Position numbers and translations under genes: made by a program. 41,465 nucleotides of DNA, taken from the NCBI GenBank assembly GCA_045593945.1, contig JAZNXQ010000256.1, forward strand, positions 1 to 41,465, read 5' to 3'. The first letter of the stretch is position 1; each line of letters begins with the position of its first letter. This document shows positions 11,501 to 21,206 of the stretch, piece after piece. The stretch is from Lachnospiraceae bacterium. Its GTDB lineage: Bacteria > Bacillota > Clostridia > Lachnospirales > Lachnospiraceae. Under the pieces are notes generated by a model. It saw only the letters and a program-made list of their open reading frames with translations, had not been told where the DNA came from and did no database searches.

Positions 11501-12407
11501 TACGATGCGTACTTTCCATACAGGTGGTGTTGCCGGTGACGATATTACACAGGGTCTTCCCCGTGTTGAGGAGCTTTTTGAGGCAAGAAAGCCTAAGGGA
11601 CTTGCAATTATCGCTGAATTTGGTGGCGTAGCTACAATCAAAGACACCAAGAAGAAGCGTGAAGTTATTATTACTGATAATGAGACAGGCAATTCCAAGA
11701 CTTATCTGATTCCTTACGGTTCCAGAATTAAGATTCAGGATGGCCAGGTTCTCGAAGCAGGTGATGAGCTTACAGAAGGTAGTGTTAATCCTCATGATAT
11801 CCTTAAGATTAAGGGTGTTCGTGCAGTTCAGGATTACATGTTACGTGAAGTTCAGCGTGTATATCGTCTGCAGGGTGTTGAAATCAACGATAAGCATATC
11901 GAGGTTATCGTTCGTCAGATGCTTAAGAAAGTTAAAGTAGAGGACGGCGGAGACAGCGAATACTTACCGGGTGTTTCAATTGACGTATTGGATTACAACG
12001 AGACAAATGAGAGACTTGAAGCAGAAGGTCTTAAGCCTATTGATGGTAAGCAGGTAATGCTTGGTATTACAAAGGCTTCACTTGCTACAAGTTCATTCTT
12101 GTCAGCTGCATCATTCCAGGAGACAACAAAAGTTCTTACGGAGGCAGCAATCAATGGTAAGATTGACCCGCTCGTTGGTCTTAAGGAGAACGTAATTATA
12201 GGTAAGCTTATTCCTGCAGGTACAGGTATGAAGCGTTATCGTTCAGTTAAACTCGATACTGATAATCAGTTAATTCCTACAGAAGATGAAGAGACATTTT
12301 ATGAGAATCAGGATTCAGAAATTGCTGATATCGAAGATGTAATTGCTGATATGCAGGATGATGAAGATGATATCGAAGTTATGGACGAAGAAGTAACAGA
12401 AGAATAA
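8559..12407 (+). CDS. rpoC: DNA-directed RNA polymerase subunit beta'
   Basis: Zn-finger [23 protein letters not shown], catalytic [12 protein letters not shown], and trigger-loop and bridge-helix motifs. The ATG at 8559 lies 8 nt after GAAGGGAG. Confidence 0.97.
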   Translation: MPDTITNEAYEPMTFDKIKIGLASPEKILQWSRGEVLKPETINYRTLKPEKDGLFCEKIFGPSKDWECHCGKYKKIRYKGVICDRCGVEVTKANVRRERMGHIKLAAPVSHIWYFKGIPSRMGLILDLSPRVLEKVLYFASYIVLDSGNTDLEYKKVLSDKEYRDAVEKWGANAFRVGMGAEAIKELLQAIDLEKDAEELKKGLRESSGQKRARIIKRLEVVEAFRTSGNRPEWMILDVVPVIPPDIRPMVQLDGGRFATSDLNDLYRRIINRNNRLARLLDLGAPEIIVRNEKRMLQEAVDALVDNGRRGRPVTGPGNRALKSLSDMLKGKQGRFRQNLLGKRVDYSGRSVIVVGPELKIYQCGLPKEMAIELFKPFVMKELVANGTAHNIKSAKKMVERLQSEVWDVLEEVIKEHPVMLNRAPTLHRLGIQAFEPILVEGKAIKLHPLVCTAFNADFDGDQMAVHLPLSVEAQAECRFLLLSPNNLLKPSDGAPVAVPSQDMVLGIYYLTMERMVDHYADEELRAKLWDTESYESEDAVMEAVAAGKIAKDTIVKVKANNYKELGREVLCSADELFGKYFHNPNTAMLAYENGEITLHQRITVRRTGVNANGEAISSIIRTTLGMLIFNEIIPQDLGFVDRSDEKNALALEVDFHVGKKQLKKILEKVINTHGATKTAEVLDDIKAMGYRYSTRAAMTVSISDMTVPPKKKEIIAEAEKTVEKITKNFRRGLITEEGRYKEVIETWKNADDEITDALLSGLDKYNNIYMMADSGARGSDKQIKQLAGMRGLMADTTGRTIELPIKSNFREGLDVLEYFISAHGARKGLSDTALRTADSGYLTRRLVDVSQELIIREVDCCESRGEIPGMVVSAFMDGAETIESLEDRIRGRYACETITDPKTGDVIVKANHMITPKRAAAIIKTGTESVKIRTILTCKSHVGVCAKCYGANMATGQPVQVGEAVGIIAAQSIGEPGTQLTMRTFHTGGVAGDDITQGLPRVEELFEARKPKGLAIIAEFGGVATIKDTKKKREVIITDNETGNSKTYLIPYGSRIKIQDGQVLEAGDELTEGSVNPHDILKIKGVRAVQDYMLREVQRVYRLQGVEINDKHIEVIVRQMLKKVKVEDGGDSEYLPGVSIDVLDYNETNERLEAEGLKPIDGKQVMLGITKASLATSSFLSAASFQETTKVLTEAAINGKIDPLVGLKENVIIGKLIPAGTGMKRYRSVKLDTDNQLIPTEDEETFYENQDSEIADIEDVIADMQDDEDDIEVMDEEVTEE

Positions 12408-12426
12408 TTATATTTTTCACATAAAG

Positions 12427-12461
12427 CAGAGAGGACTGAAATAGTTCTCTCTGTTTTGTTT
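12427..12461 (+). terminator. Terminator of the rpoBC operon
   Basis: cagagagga / ttctctctg stem, 9-nt loop, ttttgttt tail. Confidence 0.75.
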
Positions 12462-12558
12462 AAAAAGTAATATGATATATCAAAAAAATACATTGTTAAG
12501 TCCTAAGAAATATGGCATAATTATAAATGTTGTGACTAATATTTAAGGAGGCGAAGAA

Positions 12559-14676
12559 ATGAAGGAAAATATCAGACATTTGATTGATGATTTGAATGGT
12601 AATCTGGAAGAATATTCACCGATTCCTTTTTGGTTCATAAATGATAAGTTGACAAAGGAAGAACTCAGAAGACAACTTGAAGACTTTAAAAGTAAGGGTG
12701 TAGACGGTGTTGTACTTCACCCCAGAATAGGTATTCCGAGAGAGCTTAAATATTTGTCAGAAGAATATTTTGATTTGATTGTACATACAGTTAAATCTGC
12801 CGCAGATCTTAATATGAAAGTGGTATTGTATGATGAGGGTATGTATCCGTCAGGTTCTGCCAACGGTGAAGTTGTAAGAAGCAATCCCGAATTTGCGGCA
12901 GTTGGTATTACGCTTGCGGATTCCGCGGATGATGGTGTTGTAATTGCCGGACCCAGAGATGGTAAATATATTGTAGAGAAACCTTGTGGAGGAACCATTA
13001 GGGGAATACATTTCGGACAGGACGACGGAGAGCCTGATGCACCTGCAGCAGCAGATATTCTTAATCTTGCGGCGGTGAAGAAATTTATTGAACTTACGCA
13101 TGAGAGATACTATGCGCATCTTAAGGAGTATTTCGGCAATACAGTTATTGGTTTTTTTACGGATGAGCCGAATGTTCTCGGGCGTAATGCGAGAGGCTTC
13201 TTTCCCTGGTCAAAAGGACTTCTTGTCGAGTTTGAGGCGGCAGGCGGTAATCCGGATGATTTATGGGCATTGTTTAATAGAGAACAGAATGAAGCGGTTA
13301 CATTTTACCGCGAGTTTATAAAACAGCGTTTGAATAATATTTACTATAAGAGTTTGTCTGATTGGTGCGCCGCTCATGACATAGCGCTTATGGGACATCC
13401 TGCAGAAAGTGCAGATATAGACGAAGAAAAATATTTTCACATTCCGGGACAGGATCTTGTGTTCCGTTGGGTATCACCTGAGAAAGGCGGGACTAAGGGC
13501 AGAGACAGCGTTATGGGTAAGTGTTCCTCGGATGCGGCAAGACATATGGGACGCAGAAGAAATTCCAATGAGTGCTTCGGTGTATGCGTGCGAGAGGGCA
13601 TTCCGTGGTATTTTACCGGAGAGGACATGAAGTGGTTTATTGATTGGCTGGGAGTGCGAGGAGTTAATCTTTTTATACCGCATGCGTTTTATTACAGTCT
13701 TACAGACAGACGTAAAGATGAGAGACCGCCGGATGTCGGACCGGGTAATATATGGTGGGAGCATTACAAGCTTTATTCCGACTACATGAAGAGAGTTTCG
13801 TATCTCATGACCGATTCTAAGAATGCTGCAAAGGTTGCTGTGCTCTGTGAGAGCGGCAGAATGCCGATTGAGGCTGTGGAACCTTTTTATGAGAATCAGG
13901 TAGAGTTTAATTATCTTCAGAAATGTATGCTTGACAAGTGTGAGATTCGTGACGGCAAGTTATGTATCGCCGACTATGAATATGATTATGTAATCGGTGA
14001 CGACGAGCTTGTGACTGAGATTAAACATATCAAAGATATTACGGAAATCAAGGCTTGTGACAGAGATTTATTAACAAAGAATCAATGTCCTGCACTTCGA
14101 GCAACGCATCTTTTAAAAAATGGCGTATCCATGTATTTTTTTGTGAATGAAGGATATGAGGCCATAGATGAGACACTGTCAATTCCCGGAACCGAGGGTG
14201 TAATTGAGTATGACTTGTGGACGGGTAAAGCGTATGCGACAGAGTTGCTTTCGGATGCAGACAGTGCTTTAGGAGAGAGAGTTTCACTTCACGTTAAGCT
14301 TGAACCCAGGGAGAGCAGGTTGCTTATCTGCGCTCCGGAAATATGTGCAGAGCTTGCAACATGCAAAGAAGCGAAGATAATCAGTCTTTCCGATAAAATC
14401 ACTCTTTTAGAAGATGATACAACACTTTATAAAAAGACTTATGTGGCTGAATATACTGCAGAAGAGATTACGGGTAATGAAGTTATAGAGGTTACTGCAG
14501 AAGAGATGGTTGAATGCTTCTGTAACGGCGAGTTTGCAGGTGTAAGCTTCTGGAATACACATCGATTTGAATGTGGAGAATTATTAAAACCGGGTATTAA
14601 TGAGATTAAATTCATAGTAACCGGCAACGTAGCTAACAGATATACAGAGCATAGAATTCCTTACGGAATAGAATAA
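12559..14676 (+). CDS. Putative cytoplasmic glycoside hydrolase-like protein (family not assigned)
   Basis: 705 aa with no signal peptide. The N-terminal pattern PIPFWFINDKLTKEEL...FKSKGVDGVVLHPRIGIP...YLSEEYF...KVVLYDEGMYPSGSANG is shared with poorly characterised glycosidase-like families, as recalled from memory. The C-terminus looks like a beta-sandwich. Confidence 0.45.
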   Translation: MKENIRHLIDDLNGNLEEYSPIPFWFINDKLTKEELRRQLEDFKSKGVDGVVLHPRIGIPRELKYLSEEYFDLIVHTVKSAADLNMKVVLYDEGMYPSGSANGEVVRSNPEFAAVGITLADSADDGVVIAGPRDGKYIVEKPCGGTIRGIHFGQDDGEPDAPAAADILNLAAVKKFIELTHERYYAHLKEYFGNTVIGFFTDEPNVLGRNARGFFPWSKGLLVEFEAAGGNPDDLWALFNREQNEAVTFYREFIKQRLNNIYYKSLSDWCAAHDIALMGHPAESADIDEEKYFHIPGQDLVFRWVSPEKGGTKGRDSVMGKCSSDAARHMGRRRNSNECFGVCVREGIPWYFTGEDMKWFIDWLGVRGVNLFIPHAFYYSLTDRRKDERPPDVGPGNIWWEHYKLYSDYMKRVSYLMTDSKNAAKVAVLCESGRMPIEAVEPFYENQVEFNYLQKCMLDKCEIRDGKLCIADYEYDYVIGDDELVTEIKHIKDITEIKACDRDLLTKNQCPALRATHLLKNGVSMYFFVNEGYEAIDETLSIPGTEGVIEYDLWTGKAYATELLSDADSALGERVSLHVKLEPRESRLLICAPEICAELATCKEAKIISLSDKITLLEDDTTLYKKTYVAEYTAEEITGNEVIEVTAEEMVECFCNGEFAGVSFWNTHRFECGELLKPGINEIKFIVTGNVANRYTEHRIPYGIE

Positions 14677-14678
14677 AA

Positions 14679-14726
14679 CAAAAAAGGGCTGTTGCAAAGT
14701 TTAACTGCAACAGCCCGATTTTTATT
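14679..14726. terminator. Bidirectional terminator between convergent genes
   Basis: gggctgttgca / tgcaacagccc perfect 11-bp stem, flanked by an A-run upstream and a T-run downstream. Confidence 0.75.
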
Positions 14727-15342
14727 TGTTCTTATAGTAGAAAATTGCAAGCTGTGTCCTATCACGAAGCTCCAATTTTTCAAGAATAGTACTTATGTAG
14801 TTACGTACGGTTCCTTCGCTTAAGAAAAGTTCGCCGGAGATTTCTTTGTTGCTTAAGCCGTCTGCAACAAGCGTGATAATATCAATTTCACGTTCTGTGA
14901 GGTCATACTTTTCCATGGAAGAATATTTGTCCCACTGCATCTCGGGGAGCTTGGCGATAATTTCATCACCGAATACACGCTGACCGCTTTCTACGGCCTT
15001 AATGGCAGGGATGATACTGTCGAAGTTCTGCTTGAGAAGATAGCCTTTTGCACCGATTTTGAGAGCTTTAATAATGTATTCATTGTCCGCAAAAGTAGTG
15101 AGATACAGGATGCGGGCATCAGGATATTTAAGCAAAATCTTCTCGCCTGCATCTACGCCGGTCATGCCGCCCATTCTGATATCCATAAGCATGAGGTCGG
15201 GCTTGAGTGCGGAATATGCTTCGATAGCTTCCTCGCCGCTGTTGCAAATTTTTATTACATTAAAATCAGGAGTACTCTCTAAAATAGTTTTGAGGGCACT
15301 GCAGACCAGTTTGTCGTCGTCAACTAAAACAATGTTCATCAT
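14722..15342 (-). CDS. NarL/LuxR-family two-component response regulator
   Basis: Receiver domain (VLVDDD ... LMDIRMGGMTG) plus a C-terminal LuxR HTH (LTEREIDIITLVADGLSNKEISGELFLSEGTVRNYIS). Confidence 0.9.
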   Translation of the reverse strand: MMNIVLVDDDKLVCSALKTILESTPDFNVIKICNSGEEAIEAYSALKPDLMLMDIRMGGMTGVDAGEKILLKYPDARILYLTTFADNEYIIKALKIGAKGYLLKQNFDSIIPAIKAVESGQRVFGDEIIAKLPEMQWDKYSSMEKYDLTEREIDIITLVADGLSNKEISGELFLSEGTVRNYISTILEKLELRDRTQLAIFYYKNK

Positions 15343-15369
15343 TTGTTCTCCTTTGTGTCTGTGTTTGAT

Positions 15370-16476
15370 TTAAGTATTTGGGGAAGTTCCCGAAGATGCA
15401 GCCTCGCTTTTAGGTATTGTAATGTAAATCATAAAGCCTTCGGAACGGTCAATGTGAAAATGTCCGTCGAGAGCCTCAATACGTTCTCTGATACTGTTGA
15501 TTCCCATCCCGGAATCATCTTTCGAGGCATTTGTTAAAAAAAACTGCTTGCCGTTATCATGTATTTTTATCTCATACTCTTTGAGATTCTCTGCAAAGGA
15601 AAGCGTAACAAGCGTAGCAGATGAATGTTTCATGACGTTGGAAAGCGCTTCCTTTGTTATTGAAATCAGCGAATATTTTGTCCGCATTGAAAAATCATGT
15701 TCTATATTGTAATGAAGCTCTGTTTCGCAGAAGGTAAAGTTGTGACAGAGCTCTTTTAATTTCGATTCTAAGTCAAGAGAGTCTTCATGAATATTATGTA
15801 TGCTGGCACGAATATTGTCCATACCGGTTGAGAGAGTGTCTTTGACGGTTGTCAGCGCCTCTTTTGTGGTGTCGTCCTTGCAGATTGCAAGAAGTGCACC
15901 AATCTGTAAAAGTGAACTGGAAATTAAATGGCCTACGGTATCGTGAATATCTCTTGCGATACGGTTGCGCTCGTCAAGAGTGGCGTTTTTGATTTCATAG
16001 TCCTGTTTTTCAAGAAGGTCGCGGTTGCGGGCTCTGAGGCGTTTTGTCATGGCAACAAGAGAGTCACGCATGTTTGTATATTCGCGCTGTGCTTCCTCAA
16101 GTTTTAAGGTACGCTTCCTTAGAAAATATGAAAGAAGCGTAAGAGCAAGTATATAAAAAATTGAAAGTAGCGGATATGAAAGTGCAACCATTACGAGGTT
16201 CGCAATTCCGAGGATGAGCATTGCCTTGTAGGGTGCACATATTAAATCGTAACTAATTACGGGAAAAAGAAAAAATGCACCGGGATAAAAGAAACAAAGT
16301 ACGGAATAAACAAGGTAGGATATAATATTTACACTTTCTTGATTAAAACAGGTTATAAGTGAACTGAAAAAGATGATAACAAGTATTGCGTATAGTGAAT
16401 CCAAAGAGAATGAAACCGACAGCAGGAAGATACTGCAACATATTAACAAAATTATGCGGTCATATAACTTTTCCAT
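15370..16476 (-). CDS. Intramembrane-sensing histidine kinase (HisKA_3 / HATPase_c)
   Basis: About 5 N-terminal TM helices with no obvious extracellular domain. H-box ERNRIARDIHDTVGH and a C-terminal ATPase domain (HDNGKQF, GMGINSIRERI). Confidence 0.85.
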   Translation of the reverse strand: MEKLYDRIILLICCSIFLLSVSFSLDSLYAILVIIFFSSLITCFNQESVNIISYLVYSVLCFFYPGAFFLFPVISYDLICAPYKAMLILGIANLVMVALSYPLLSIFYILALTLLSYFLRKRTLKLEEAQREYTNMRDSLVAMTKRLRARNRDLLEKQDYEIKNATLDERNRIARDIHDTVGHLISSSLLQIGALLAICKDDTTKEALTTVKDTLSTGMDNIRASIHNIHEDSLDLESKLKELCHNFTFCETELHYNIEHDFSMRTKYSLISITKEALSNVMKHSSATLVTLSFAENLKEYEIKIHDNGKQFFLTNASKDDSGMGINSIRERIEALDGHFHIDRSEGFMIYITIPKSEAASSGTSPNT

Positions 16477-16596
16477 GGTTTCTCCCTTCGTACAGTGTGT
16501 TTTATAATATTATATATTATCGGTATAAAAAAATAAAGTTGCATTTGTCATATATCATTGTGTATATATGATATTTTATGTAAAAGATTCGGCAAA

Positions 16597-16652
16597 ATAA
16601 AAGCAGTACATGTCGAATGGGTTAAATCGGTCCTGCATGTACTGCTTTGTGT
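16597..16652. terminator. Terminator downstream of the purine operon (bidirectional geometry)
   Basis: aagcagtacatg / catgtactgctt 12-bp stem (16601-16612 and 16636-16647), flanked by A-rich and T-rich runs. Confidence 0.65.
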
Positions 16653-16673
16653 TTGGTTTGATTTGTATAAAAA

Positions 16674-17387
16674 TTATACGTTCTTATTTACGATTTTAGT
16701 CTCATACTTACCTGTAGCGAGGTCAACGTATCTTACAAACAATGAAACCTTGTTATCAGCATTTAAGCTGTTCCAAAGGAGGTCTGTATATTCATTGATG
16801 TCATCACAAACATTAACAAGCTCGGGCTCGCCTGCAAAGCTCGGGAGCGGATTACCGTCTGTCATGTAAGTATGGATGAAACGGCCCTTTCCTGCGATAG
16901 GGTTAGAGTATGCAAATGTATAACGGTTGCAAGCTTCCGGATCACCGTCATCGCTCTTTAAGATTGACATTGAAAAATCGAAGTCACCCTTAGCAAACTC
17001 AAGTACACCTGAAATACGGGGTGTGTAGTTAGGACCGTCCGGCTCAAACTCTCTTGTACGGAGAGACTCTTCAAAAGTCTTACCTTCTTTCATAAGGTCG
17101 TAGATTGTATCTGTCTGGTCGCCGTTGGTTACGATTAACTTGTTGTCAAGTACGCGAACGGGAGCGTAGATAATTAAGCTCGGATCTGTAAGCTTTGAAG
17201 GGTCGAATGCCTGTGTACGGATACCTTCGCCGTCTTCGACAAATACTCTGTTACGGCTGTTTTCGCTTCTACCCATGATAAAATAAGCAGTTACGGCTTT
17301 TTTGCCGTCAGGTGTTCTACCGATGATGATTCCGCGGCCGGGATAAGAATTTTCTTTTAATGCTGTAGCTATATCTAACATTTTCAT
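16674..17387 (-). CDS. PurO-type (archaeal-like) IMP cyclohydrolase
   Basis: YPGRGIIIGRTPDGKKAVTAYFIMGRSENSRNRVF matches the IMP_cyclohyd family signature as I recall it. Lies directly downstream of an AICAR formyltransferase-only gene. Confidence 0.75.
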   Translation of the reverse strand: MKMLDIATALKENSYPGRGIIIGRTPDGKKAVTAYFIMGRSENSRNRVFVEDGEGIRTQAFDPSKLTDPSLIIYAPVRVLDNKLIVTNGDQTDTIYDLMKEGKTFEESLRTREFEPDGPNYTPRISGVLEFAKGDFDFSMSILKSDDGDPEACNRYTFAYSNPIAGKGRFIHTYMTDGNPLPSFAGEPELVNVCDDINEYTDLLWNSLNADNKVSLFVRYVDLATGKYETKIVNKNV

Positions 17388-17405
17388 GTTTTAATCTCCT
17401 TTGAA

Positions 17406-18578
17406 TTAGTGGTGGAATAAACGTACGCCTGTAAATGCCATTGCAATACCGTATTTGTTACATGTCTCGATTACATTGTCATCACGAACTGAACCGCCTG
17501 CCTCAGCAATATAAGCTACACCGCTTCTCTTAGCACGCTCGATATTATCGCCGAACGGGAAGAATGCGTCTGAACCGAGTGATACACCTGACATTGTTGC
17601 AAGCCAAGCCTTTTTCTCTTCTCTTGTAAGAATCTCTGGCTTCTCTGTGAAAATTGCTTCCCATGCGCCGTCTGCGAGTACGTCCTCGTAATCGTCTGAA
17701 ATATAAACGTCAATAGCATTGTCACGGTCGGGACGACGGATTTCCTCTTTGAAGGGAAGGTTAAGAACCTTCGGGTTCTGGCGGAGGAACCAGTTGTCTG
17801 CCTTATTGCCTGCGAGTCTTGTACAGTGGATACGTGACTGCTGACCTGCACCGATACCGATTGCCTGTCCGTCCTTAACGTAGCACACTGAGTTGGACTG
17901 TGTATATTTTAATGTAATCATAGAAATCATAAGGTCTATGATTGCATTCTCGGGAATATTCTTGTTCTCTGTTACGATGTTGTTAAACATCTCTTTTGTT
18001 ACCTGATAGTTGTTGCGGCCCTGTTCAAAAGTTACGCCGTAAACATCCTTTGTCTCGATTTCTTCGGGAACAAAGTTAGGATCCATCTTAATAACAACAT
18101 ATGTACCTTTTCTCTTGTTCTTGAGAATCTCAAGAGCTTTCTCTGAGTAAGAAGGTGCGATGATACCGTCTGATACCTCTCTTGCAAGGAAAGCAGCGGT
18201 CTGCTCGTCACATTCATCTGAAAGAGCAACAAAATCGCCGTATGAAGACATTCTGTCTGCACCGCGTGCGCGGATATATGCTGTAGCCATCGGTGAAAGC
18301 TCAATGCCTTCAACGAAGTATACTTTCTGTAAAGTCTCGTCAAGCGGAACTGCAACGGCAGCACCTGCAGGGCTTACATGCTTAAAAGATGCGGCTGCGG
18401 GAAGTCCTGTAGCTTCCTTAAGCTCTTTTACAAGTTGCCAGCTGTTAAATGCATCCAAAAGATTGATGTAGCCGGGACGGCCGTTCAAAATTTCGATAGG
18501 CAACTCGCCATTTTTCATGAAAATTCTTGCCGGTTTTTGATTGGGGTTACAACCATACTTTAATTCAAATTCTTTCAT
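17406..18578 (-). CDS. purH: AICAR formyltransferase (PurH C-terminal domain only, no MGS/IMPCH domain)
   Basis: MKEFELKYGCNPNQ, FKHVSPAGAAV, and a C-terminal FTGVRLFHH. The ATG at 18578 follows AGGAGA. The longer track ORF from 18629 has no RBS. Confidence 0.85.
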   Translation of the reverse strand: MKEFELKYGCNPNQKPARIFMKNGELPIEILNGRPGYINLLDAFNSWQLVKELKEATGLPAAASFKHVSPAGAAVAVPLDETLQKVYFVEGIELSPMATAYIRARGADRMSSYGDFVALSDECDEQTAAFLAREVSDGIIAPSYSEKALEILKNKRKGTYVVIKMDPNFVPEEIETKDVYGVTFEQGRNNYQVTKEMFNNIVTENKNIPENAIIDLMISMITLKYTQSNSVCYVKDGQAIGIGAGQQSRIHCTRLAGNKADNWFLRQNPKVLNLPFKEEIRRPDRDNAIDVYISDDYEDVLADGAWEAIFTEKPEILTREEKKAWLATMSGVSLGSDAFFPFGDNIERAKRSGVAYIAEAGGSVRDDNVIETCNKYGIAMAFTGVRLFHH

Positions 18579-18631
18579 ATGTTTTCTCCTTTTTGTGTTT
18601 TGTAGAACTCCCGTAAACTTGCTCGACATAC

Positions 18632-18730
18632 AAAAAAAGAGCCTGGTCTTCGGACTTCTACTGCCCAGACGGTCGGCTCATCAAAGTTATACTCCCTGTG
18701 GTCAATTCCACTTCCGTCAGTTGTATAACC
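18632..18730 (-). promoter_or_regulatory. ZTP (pfl-motif) riboswitch with intrinsic terminator expression platform
   Basis: The minus strand reads GGUUAUACAACUGACGGAAGUGGAAUUGACCACAGGGAGUAUAACU-UUGAUGA-GCCGACCGUCUGGGCAG. P1 is GGUUAUAC/GUAUAACU and P2 is GUGG/CCAC. The 3' module CCGACCGUCUGGGCA can pseudoknot with GACGG. A hairpin GUCUGG...CCAGGC plus U7 follows and overlaps the 3' module. Confidence 0.75.
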
Positions 18731-18736
18731 AAGGCT

Positions 18737-18765
18737 ATATTAACATTTTTTTAAAACATATTCAA
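18737..18765 (-). promoter_or_regulatory. Promoter of the ZTP-purH-purO unit
   Basis: Minus strand TTGAAT (18760-18765), 17-nt spacer, TAATAT (18737-18742). The predicted start site lies at the 5' edge of riboswitch P1. Confidence 0.5.
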
Positions 18766-18845
18766 GTCCTAAACTACGCATAATATTATTTTTTTGGACA
18801 TATGATAGAAAAGAATTTTCGAATTTATGTATATGGAGGGACGTC

Positions 18846-19838
18846 ATGGGAGAAAAAGATTTGATTGCGTTAGAGCAGTATGATATAGCAGTGTTACGTT
18901 CGTGGAAGGGTAGGGAAGCAATGCTTTGTGAGACGAACAAGGGATTAATGTTGCTTAAAGAATATACGGGGACCGAAGAGAAGCTTGAAGCGGAGGCGTG
19001 GCTTCTTAACAAACTTTCGGAACGCGGGGTAAAAACTGATTCGTATGTACGTAACAAAGAAGGTAAAATTGTGACAACGACAGCCGACAACAGAAGTTTT
19101 TATTTGAAGAACTGGCCGGGTGGAGACGAGGTAGATATAAAGAGTGCAGCGGGATGCTGCATTGCAGTAAAAATCCTGGCGGGATTACATACAAATATGG
19201 ATAAAATAGAAGTGCCGGAAGGGATTGTTTTTGCGCAAGGGCGTTTTTTGGGAGATGATATCCGCAGACATCACAAAGAACTGAAGCATGTCAGGAGGTT
19301 TATACGCTCTAAAAGGCGAAAAAGTGATTTCGAGCTTAAAGTATTGGAATGCTTTGATTTGTTTTATGATCAGGGAGAGAAAACAATTGAATATATGGAT
19401 GAAGATAATATAATTGAGGCCGGTGATGCAAGGCCTGATTTATATAAAAAGACTTTGTGTCATGGTAATTTTACTCAGCATAATATTCTTGTCGGGGACA
19501 GAGGCGTGTTTATCACTAATTTCGACAGAGTAGCATATAATAACAGAATGACAGATTTGTATCTTTTTATGCGCAAGTGCATGGAAAAACAGAATTGGAA
19601 TCCGGATTTGGGATTAAATATGCTTTTAGAATATAACAGAATCTGCCCGATGACAGTAGAAGAGAAAAAAATGTTATATATTATGTTTTTGTATCCTGAA
19701 AAATTCTGGAAAATAGTTAACCATTATTATAACGGCAATAAGTCATGGGTGTCGGAAAAAAGCATCGGTAAATTGCAGGTACTTATTGAGCTCGAAGAAA
19801 AAAGACAGAAATTTTTAAGTGAATTGCAGAGGTTGTAA
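18846..19838 (+). CDS. CotS-family spore-coat-protein-like kinase (APH/choline-kinase fold)
   Basis: 330 aa. Shows the catalytic-loop-like CHGNFTQHNILV and then NFDR, the pattern of CotS/aminoglycoside-phosphotransferase-fold proteins. Confidence 0.6.
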   Translation: MGEKDLIALEQYDIAVLRSWKGREAMLCETNKGLMLLKEYTGTEEKLEAEAWLLNKLSERGVKTDSYVRNKEGKIVTTTADNRSFYLKNWPGGDEVDIKSAAGCCIAVKILAGLHTNMDKIEVPEGIVFAQGRFLGDDIRRHHKELKHVRRFIRSKRRKSDFELKVLECFDLFYDQGEKTIEYMDEDNIIEAGDARPDLYKKTLCHGNFTQHNILVGDRGVFITNFDRVAYNNRMTDLYLFMRKCMEKQNWNPDLGLNMLLEYNRICPMTVEEKKMLYIMFLYPEKFWKIVNHYYNGNKSWVSEKSIGKLQVLIELEEKRQKFLSELQRL

Positions 19839-19919
19839 TTTCTTGATAAATTTGATATAATACACAGTGAGAAGCTTTAACAATCAGAATTGACTTAATG
19901 ATAAAAGGTTGGGATACGT

Positions 19920-21188
19920 ATGAGAACTGATGACGTTACGGCATTATTGTTATATGAAGATTTTATTGAACAGGCGGAATATGAGCATAAGAAGCATGAA
20001 GGCAAGAAGCTTGTTATGATAACAATGGATTTTAGCAACTTTAATTACATTAATAATATGTATGGTTATAAGGAAGGAGATAAGCTTCTTAAAAAGGTGG
20101 CTGATGAGTTCCTTCGTGGTTGTCGCGGTTTTTTATGCGGTTGCAGAATGTATTCCGATCACTTTGCAGCATTGTTTGAGCACGATAATCATAATGACTG
20201 GTTGCAGATGTTGACAGTCAATCGTGATGATTATTTGAAGGATACAAGAGAGAAGTTTACGGCATCATTTTTGCAGTTGTATATAGGTATTTATTTCTGG
20301 GAGCAAGGTATTTCTGTTAAGAAGGCCATTGATAAAGCAAACATAGCAAGGAAGATGGTCAAGGGCAATCATAGAGAGCCGGTTTGTGTATACTTACCTG
20401 AATATGAGAATAAATATTTCAAAGATGCGGAGATGATTGCTCTTCTTAAGAAATCTGTTGCGGATGATAATGTTGTTGTACTTCTTCAGCCCAAGATTTC
20501 ACTTGAGACGGGAGAAGTTATTGGCGCAGAGGCGCTTGCGAGATTAAGGGGCACAGATGGTAAAGTATATCTTCCGATGGATTTTATTCCGACCCTTGAA
20601 AGCGTAGGATATATTACGGCACTTGACAATGCGGTGCTTCGCAAGGTTGTAAAGCTTCTTCGCGAGTGGGAGGATAAAGGATACAAGCTTATTCCGATTT
20701 CTGTCAATTGGTCGTACCCGCATTTTTTGCATGACTCACTTGCTAAGGATTTGAAAGCTCTTGTTGACAGAGGCGGAGTTAACGCGAAGAATATTGAATT
20801 TGAGATAACAGAGAGAATGTTTACAACTGACCTGGATACAGTCATACCTATTCTTAAAGAGATGCGTGAAGAAGGCTTTGAGATAAGCGTTGATGATTTT
20901 GGTGCGGGATATTCATCATTTAATGTTATGGGAATTCTTCCCGTAGATACTATTAAGATTGATAAAGGTTTTTTGGATAGTTGTTTTAATAATGAACGTG
21001 GCAAACAGCTTATTCAGGGCGTTATTGATATTATCAAAAAGGTTAAGCTTCAGATGGTATGTGAAGGCGTTGAGACAAAGGAACAGGCTGATATGCTCAA
21101 GGAATTCGGTTGCGAGAACGTACAGGGATATTTGTATGATAAGCCGCTTCCGATTGAAGAATTTGAAAATAAATATTTAAAGAAGTAA
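19920..21188 (+). CDS. Degenerate GGDEF - EAL domain protein (likely c-di-GMP phosphodiesterase)
   Basis: The N-terminal half has DFSNFNYINNMYGYKEGDKLL but carries YSDHF where GGDEF is expected. The C-terminal half has EAL motifs (QPKISL..GAEALARL, EFEITE, DDFGAGYSS, KIDK, EGVE, QGY). Confidence 0.85.
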   Translation: MRTDDVTALLLYEDFIEQAEYEHKKHEGKKLVMITMDFSNFNYINNMYGYKEGDKLLKKVADEFLRGCRGFLCGCRMYSDHFAALFEHDNHNDWLQMLTVNRDDYLKDTREKFTASFLQLYIGIYFWEQGISVKKAIDKANIARKMVKGNHREPVCVYLPEYENKYFKDAEMIALLKKSVADDNVVVLLQPKISLETGEVIGAEALARLRGTDGKVYLPMDFIPTLESVGYITALDNAVLRKVVKLLREWEDKGYKLIPISVNWSYPHFLHDSLAKDLKALVDRGGVNAKNIEFEITERMFTTDLDTVIPILKEMREEGFEISVDDFGAGYSSFNVMGILPVDTIKIDKGFLDSCFNNERGKQLIQGVIDIIKKVKLQMVCEGVETKEQADMLKEFGCENVQGYLYDKPLPIEEFENKYLKK

Positions 21189-21206
21189 GATTTATCAGGA
21201 GGGAAC

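Noticed and set aside
18766-18845. Sporulation-type (sigma-K/E) promoter upstream of the CotS-like gene (catatgata resembles CATAnnnTA)
   Set aside because: No suitably spaced -35 element could be identified. The -10 match alone is too weak.
20486-21004. 172-aa minus-strand ORF
   Set aside because: Antisense to the well-supported EAL domain coding region. No motifs and no RBS.
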